A stretch of DNA of 61,833 nucleotides from a virus. Taxonomy: Duplodnaviria; Caudoviricetes. The stretch is taken from positions 1 to 61,833 of the IMG/VR virus record IMGVR_UViG_3300032086_000660; one strand, 5' to 3'. A program made the translations under genes and the position numbers. Every line of letters begins with the position of its first letter. Position 1 is the first letter of the stretch. Under the pieces are notes generated by a model. The model searched no databases. It saw only the letters and a list, made by a program, of their open reading frames with translations, and was not told the DNA's origin. Shown here in pieces: positions 57,205 to 61,833 of the stretch.

Positions 57205-57212
57205 TATATTTG
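57205..57212 (+). promoter_or_regulatory. Bacteroidota -7 promoter box
   Basis: TATATTTG upstream of erf. Confidence 0.6.
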
Positions 57213-57235
57213 TATAACAATTTAATTCAAACAAG

Positions 57236-57814
57236 ATGAGTAAAACACTAACATCTGCTCTGCTTAAAGTACAAGCGGAACTCAAAGCGCCAAAGAATCA
57301 GCGCAACAAATTCGGAAACTACAACTACCGCAGTGCGGAGGATATATTGGAGGCAGTAAAACCATTACTGACTAAGAACAAACTATCTATGCACATCACT
57401 GATGAGATTATGGAGGTAGGCGGTATCACATTCGTTAACTCTACGGTTGTGGTTACAGATGGAGAATCATCTGTCTACTCTTCTGCTCAAGCGGGTATTG
57501 ATATCAATCGCAAAGGAATGGACATCGCTCAGTCTTTCGGCTCTTCATCTTCTTACGCTCGTAAGTATGCAATGAACGGAATGTTCTTAATTGATGACAC
57601 GAAAGATGCCGATGCAACAAACACGCACGGAAGAACTACTACTTCTACACCTAAATCAAATTCTGATTCAGAGTGGTTTAGTAAGTCTATCGAGTACATC
57701 AAGAGTGCTAAAGACAAGAAGGCTAAGGAACTCGCATACAAGCAAGTGATTGCTAAGTACGGAGCAACTGCGTCTGATGGTCAGAAGAACGCTCTACTTA
57801 AATTTGTAGGGTAA
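57236..57814 (+). CDS. erf: ERF-family single-strand annealing protein
   Basis: LKAPKNQRNKFGNYNYRSAEDILEAVKP...AQSFGSSSSYARKYA...DDTKDAD. Confidence 0.9.
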   Translation: MSKTLTSALLKVQAELKAPKNQRNKFGNYNYRSAEDILEAVKPLLTKNKLSMHITDEIMEVGGITFVNSTVVVTDGESSVYSSAQAGIDINRKGMDIAQSFGSSSSYARKYAMNGMFLIDDTKDADATNTHGRTTTSTPKSNSDSEWFSKSIEYIKSAKDKKAKELAYKQVIAKYGATASDGQKNALLKFVG

Positions 57815-58653
57815 TGGATTTTGCACAGAAACTTATGGAGCGAACGGGTAAGGGATATCTCTCTTACTCGGCTCTAAAGTATGCGGCAGATGGTTCACGA
57901 CAGCAAGATATGAAGCTGTTCGAACTCTATATGAAAGGTCTGCTCAAGAAGAAATCAGATGCTCTTTCGTTTGGGTCATTGTATGATGTGCTGTTACTTG
58001 AACCCGAGAAGCTGACTGATAGGTTCTACGTCTTGTATGACCAACAGATTAAAGATAAGCTAAACGAAAAGTACGCATCAAAGTACAAAAACCCGAGTGC
58101 ATCAAAAGTGTACAAGGAAGAGTACGATGAGTGGTATCAGAACGAACTCGAGCACGCAGAGGGAAAAGACATCGTTGATGAAGAGATGATGAACCAAGCT
58201 GAGGCTATGATTATCCGACTCGATGAATCAGAGGTACTGGATATGGAGACTGGAGAGATTAATCAAGTGAGAAGGTATCTCGCTGGAAATACTCAGTACG
58301 AAATCAACGATTGGATTGAAGACATTCCAGTCAGAGGTTTTCTTGATGTTAGAGGGGATGGATTCATCACGGACTCAAAGACTACGAGAAACCTATATGG
58401 TTTCAGATATGATGTTGGTAGTTACGACTACGACATCCAAGCATACATTTATACACAAGTGGAGCAGTGTGATAACTTCTATTGGGTAGCACAGACTAAA
58501 TCTGTTCCCTACACTTGTGCGGTTTACAAAGCAAGCAAAACAACAATCAGTAAAGGCGAGTACAAGTTTTGGTCTGCGGTGGAGAACATTCGCCAATGGC
58601 TGAACGCTCCCGAGAAAGACACTAACACATTCGCAATTTATTCAGAGATATGA
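57814..58653 (+). CDS. PD-(D/E)XK exonuclease (RecE/DUF3799-like)
   Basis: LSYSALK, FGSLYD..LLEPE, RGFLD, DSKTT and YDIQAYIY; adjacent to erf. Confidence 0.8.
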   Translation: MDFAQKLMERTGKGYLSYSALKYAADGSRQQDMKLFELYMKGLLKKKSDALSFGSLYDVLLLEPEKLTDRFYVLYDQQIKDKLNEKYASKYKNPSASKVYKEEYDEWYQNELEHAEGKDIVDEEMMNQAEAMIIRLDESEVLDMETGEINQVRRYLAGNTQYEINDWIEDIPVRGFLDVRGDGFITDSKTTRNLYGFRYDVGSYDYDIQAYIYTQVEQCDNFYWVAQTKSVPYTCAVYKASKTTISKGEYKFWSAVENIRQWLNAPEKDTNTFAIYSEI

Positions 58654-59033
58654 AATACATCAGTAACTTAGTAGATGACTACTACAACGCAATTACAATC
58701 GAGCGCAATGATGAGGCTCGAGACCACGACTCTACTCTTGCACGCCAAGCCATTATGGTAGCGCTACTCAATGTAGCCAATATGACTGAGGTGGGTAACG
58801 AGTTTAACAAAGACCATACAACGGTCTTGTACGCACGCAAGAAACACGAGAAGAATATGCGCAACCTTGACTACATCGCATTGTACGAATTGGCTAACAC
58901 TTGTGTGGACAGCGTAATCGGTAAGATTGACACAGAGGTGTTCTCAAACCGAAACAAAGCGAAGGAATTTATTTTTGCATTAGTGCAAGAGAATAACTAT
59001 CTTCGTTCAGAATTATCGAAACAAATTGTTTAA
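58650..59033 (+). CDS. DnaA domain IV-like HTH protein
   Basis: ARQAIM...VGNEFNKDHTTVLYA resembles the DnaA signature RDHTTV. Confidence 0.7.
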   Translation: MKYISNLVDDYYNAITIERNDEARDHDSTLARQAIMVALLNVANMTEVGNEFNKDHTTVLYARKKHEKNMRNLDYIALYELANTCVDSVIGKIDTEVFSNRNKAKEFIFALVQENNYLRSELSKQIV

Positions 59034-59050
59034 TTTAATACAGAGAAACC

Positions 59051-59365
59051 GTGAGTGAAACTAAGTACGACTCAGACTTCATCGGATTTGCCGATGACCC
59101 AAAGACAAACGAGGATGGAACAATCCGTTCTTGGAGACTAACGCTAAAAGACAACCACTTGGCTGAACTTGAAAAGTACAAGACAGCTAAAGGCAATGTC
59201 TACATCACAATGATGATGAGCAAAGCTGGTAAGCCAATGGCTACCATCTACAATCCTCGTTCAGAGAAAGCTATCGCTGATATGAAAGCGAAGCAAAACG
59301 GAGTAACACCGCCAGCAGATGCTGCCGTGAAGCAAGCTCCGCCATCGGATGACCTTCCATTCTAA
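59051..59365 (+). CDS. Single-stranded DNA-binding protein candidate
   Basis: Acidic C-terminal tail DDLPF; located in the recombination cluster. Confidence 0.6.
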   Translation: MSETKYDSDFIGFADDPKTNEDGTIRSWRLTLKDNHLAELEKYKTAKGNVYITMMMSKAGKPMATIYNPRSEKAIADMKAKQNGVTPPADAAVKQAPPSDDLPF

Positions 59366-59383
59366 GGCAATCTTAGATACTCG

Positions 59384-59414
59384 AGGGGAGTGGGGAAACC
59401 CATTCCCCTTTTTT
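59384..59414 (+). terminator. Intrinsic terminator
   Basis: AGGGGAGTGGG-GAAA-CCCATTCCCCT followed by T-tract. Confidence 0.8.
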
Positions 59415-59434
59415 GTAACCAAAACACAATCACT

Positions 59435-59755
59435 ATGGACAATTTAATAGCGGGAGCTACGATGCTTAAATTCAAGCTCGACTTCAAGAGAGATGTGACA
59501 GACTACAATGGTAATCAGTTCTCTTTTACCGACAAAGATGGCGCTACCAAAAAGGTAGGATGCTACTTGGCAAAATACAACCCTACAACCCAAGATGTAA
59601 TCATATCTAAATCGGGTGACGAGGATTTTTCTGTGCTTTATTTTCCTCAGAAATCAAATGATAATGTTATATTAGTACCACAGATGACCGATACTTCTAT
59701 AAGCATATCAGACCTTACAAGCAACATCATAACTAAGTGGGCGTATGAAGGGTAA
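59435..59755 (+). CDS. hypothetical protein
   Basis: Start moved to MDNLIA, after the terminator. Confidence 0.55.
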   Translation: MDNLIAGATMLKFKLDFKRDVTDYNGNQFSFTDKDGATKKVGCYLAKYNPTTQDVIISKSGDEDFSVLYFPQKSNDNVILVPQMTDTSISISDLTSNIITKWAYEG

Positions 59756-59993
59756 GCCTATTTATTTTATGGAGATACTTGTTGCCTATCGAAAAGGAAA
59801 GTCTATGATGAAGAAAGACACTTGGTGTGTATCCACATACACAACTCCGAGTGACATCACAAGACACGACAACAAGACAATGAGCAGATTAAATCAAGAA
59901 CTATATAACAAGACCTACAAGTCTCAACGCAACATTGTAATACTCAGTATCGCAAGCAAGAAGCAAGTAGGTGTAACAAATCAATCGGCATGA
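59745..59993 (+). CDS. hypothetical protein
   Basis: Coupled ORF. Confidence 0.55.
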   Translation: MKGKPIYFMEILVAYRKGKSMMKKDTWCVSTYTTPSDITRHDNKTMSRLNQELYNKTYKSQRNIVILSIASKKQVGVTNQSA

Positions 59994-60184
59994 ACAAATA
60001 CCTTAGAAAACAAAAACACAAGAGATATGTCAGCGCCTACTTGCGTGACATAAGATGGGAGATAATCAACACAGTTATATCTTCATCACATACTGGGTTT
60101 CACAACGGAGTGGACACACACCTTGAAAACTTGGGAACGCTCGTTCGCAAATACGAAAGAAGAAAAAGACTACTTAAATTTTAA
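59990..60184 (+). CDS. Basic hypothetical protein
   Basis: ATGA coupling. Confidence 0.55.
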   Translation: MNKYLRKQKHKRYVSAYLRDIRWEIINTVISSSHTGFHNGVDTHLENLGTLVRKYERRKRLLKF

Positions 60185-60187
60185 CAT

Positions 60188-60394
60188 ATGGCTTATCACA
60201 ACGACAAAGAGCACAAGAAGATTATCGACTGCGTACTACAGCAGAATGCAAAGCTGTTTCAGAATCTGGGTTTAGATTCAAGTAAATCAGACTACGAGAA
60301 AGCAAAGGTCAAAGAGCGACAGAAACTGAGAAAGATTATGCATCTGGACGAGGAAAAAATCGGGAGACTGATTAAAGACTCACTCGATGATTAG
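60188..60394 (+). CDS. hypothetical protein
   Basis: In-operon ORF. Confidence 0.6.
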   Translation: MAYHNDKEHKKIIDCVLQQNAKLFQNLGLDSSKSDYEKAKVKERQKLRKIMHLDEEKIGRLIKDSLDD

Positions 60395-60560
60395 TCCTTT
60401 GCAGAAAGCGGGTGAGCTGATTTTTAGATACAATCGGCTCAAAGATGCAGTAGCACAAGCAAAGCAGTGCGAGGTTCTTGCTCACGATGTGAGAAAGCCT
60501 TATTGGGAACAAGTCATTTATTACTTAGAAAAATTACACGCAGATAATGGAGCAAGATGA
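60387..60560 (+). CDS. 57-aa hypothetical protein (MISPLQKAGELI..YWEQV..)
   Basis: Translated by hand; fills the operon gap. Confidence 0.55.
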   Translation: MISPLQKAGELIFRYNRLKDAVAQAKQCEVLAHDVRKPYWEQVIYYLEKLHADNGAR

Positions 60561-60834
60561 AAAAGGAATCGAAAGATTCAGAAGCGTTATGAAACTCATC
60601 ATCCTATTTCAAGCAACCCTTGAGCAGATGGATGAAATCAAAGAGATTGAACACTTGTACAGACAAGACATCAAGAAGCAAATCAACAACCTTGAAAAGA
60701 AGCTGGAGCACTGGTTACGACCATTACTCAATGGCTCTATACCTAAAGACCAAGAAGGAATCTTTATGCAGATTCAAAGAGGTGTAGACAGCATACTTAA
60801 AAAAACACTTGAGGAGATTCACAATGAGGAATAA
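60547..60834 (+). CDS. hypothetical protein
   Basis: Coupled ORF. Confidence 0.55.
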   Translation: MEQDEKGIERFRSVMKLIILFQATLEQMDEIKEIEHLYRQDIKKQINNLEKKLEHWLRPLLNGSIPKDQEGIFMQIQRGVDSILKKTLEEIHNEE

Positions 60835-61375
60835 CGATGTAATCGGTCTCATTGACCAACAGATGATGCTCGAGGATTACTGGAGGAAGATAGCTCAGAC
60901 ACACAACATCAAGAAGAACAGAGAGCGAAGAAATGTCATCTACAGACAAGCGTTCTTTGTGGCGGCACGGCAGTTCAGTAACCTTAGTCTAAATGCTATA
61001 GGGAACATACTGAAAAAGAATCACGCTACGGTTCTTCACGCACACAAGTGTCACGAGATGAACTACAAGTACGATAAGATATATCGAACAACATTCGACT
61101 CTATGGCTTACGCTATCACTAAGATGGTAGATGCGCATACAGAGAATATCGAACAGCTTGTAGCTGAAAGACTCTCTAAAATCAATGTAGATGTTTATGA
61201 GAACTCACTCATAGATATGTACAAGCGGAAGCTTGAAAAGACTGAAGAGAGATACGAGGAATTGTTAGGGTCTGTTAAAAGAGACCTTGCTGTAGTTACA
61301 AAACAAATGAAGCATCACAAACGAAGAGCTGAGAAGCTGAACAAAGAGTGCTTGCGATTAAAGAATCTGTTATGA
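60824..61375 (+). CDS. Second DnaA domain IV-like HTH protein with a C-terminal coiled coil
   Basis: RERRNVIYRQ...LSLNAIG....NHATVLHA. Start moved to MRNNDV. Confidence 0.7.
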   Translation: MRNNDVIGLIDQQMMLEDYWRKIAQTHNIKKNRERRNVIYRQAFFVAARQFSNLSLNAIGNILKKNHATVLHAHKCHEMNYKYDKIYRTTFDSMAYAITKMVDAHTENIEQLVAERLSKINVDVYENSLIDMYKRKLEKTEERYEELLGSVKRDLAVVTKQMKHHKRRAEKLNKECLRLKNLL

Positions 61376-61521
61376 GAATATTTGAAGTTAAGTATGACGG
61401 CAACGTCAAGTGGTTCAACTGCATTAACAAGGCGAGAGAGTTTAGAGACAAGATGTCTATGAAGTTTGATGGTGTGGTACTCAGTATTACAGACAAGGAC
61501 ATAAACCCTTACGAGAAATGA
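61372..61521 (+). CDS. 49-aa hypothetical protein
   Basis: Translated by hand; ATGA coupling at both ends. Confidence 0.5.
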   Translation: MRIFEVKYDGNVKWFNCINKAREFRDKMSMKFDGVVLSITDKDINPYEK

Positions 61522-61673
61522 AGTGGTTTGGTTACTTAGTGTTCGCACTACTGATAGCTACGGCTTGGTCTTGTAAAGAAGAACAGACTGCGTACCAAAC
61601 GGGTACACTTACCAAAGGCAATCCCGACAACACCTATTTAGATTCGTGCGACATTTATTGTTGTGGGGATTGA
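61518..61673 (+). CDS. 51-aa lipoprotein
   Basis: MKWFGYLVFALLIATAWSC-KEEQ signal peptide and lipobox; ends CDIYCCGD. Confidence 0.55.
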   Translation: MKWFGYLVFALLIATAWSCKEEQTAYQTGTLTKGNPDNTYLDSCDIYCCGD

Positions 61674-61750
61674 TATCGCATATCGCAATACGCAATAATT
61701 ATAGGCGCACACATATAAAAATAGGCGCAAACCTTTAAAACAAAAGAGAA

Positions 61751-61833
61751 ATGAAAACACCAATGCAAGAATTTATTGAAGTGCTAAAAATCCATAGAGA
61801 TACTGCACTTAAAAAACAGAAATTATACGAAGA
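61751..61833 (+). CDS. N-terminal fragment of a small hypothetical protein (MKTPMQEFIE..)
   Basis: Open to the window end. Confidence 0.5.
   Translation, partial: MKTPMQEFIEVLKIHRDTALKKQKLYE

Noticed and set aside
61701-61730. ATAGGCGCA direct repeat pair
   Set aside because: Only two 9-nt copies in a short spacer; too weak to interpret.
1-61833. Stop-codon reassignment as in some crAss-like phages
   Set aside because: Genes are intact and densely packed under the standard code, and TAA, TAG and TGA all end genes.
1-61833. CRISPR array, diversity-generating retroelement, integrase or transposon
   Set aside because: No regularly spaced repeats, reverse transcriptase motif, recombinase or transposase recognised.

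Overview
The window looks like a nearly complete (about 62 kb) genome of a lytic tailed dsDNA phage of Bacteroidota, probably Flavobacteriia; both contig ends appear to fall inside one small gene. The minus strand (3.9-50.6 kb) carries a crAss-like morphogenesis arm: terminase, portal, tail fibres and lectin-type adhesins, scaffold, capsid, ring and stabilisation proteins, ejected cargo proteins, a 3223-aa polyvalent protein and a lysis cassette. The plus strand (51.3 kb to the end, then 1-3.9 kb) carries early and replication genes: amidoligase, class II glutamine amidotransferase, gamma-glutamylcyclotransferase, ERF recombinase, exonuclease, SSB, two DnaA-domain-IV-like proteins, primase-helicase and a resolvase. 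I recognised no DNA polymerase, RNA polymerase, integrase, complete tRNA or CRISPR array. Host-type TAnnTTTG promoters occur throughout. The most striking unexplained structure is at the start of the early arm: a promoter, a boxB/boxA-like antiterminator, a roughly 690-nt non-coding RNA candidate closed by long-range helices, and an anticodon-less tRNA-like element 3 nt downstream. A second, smaller tRNA-like element follows the amidoligase gene. All protein calls come from motif recognition and gene order, not database searches.
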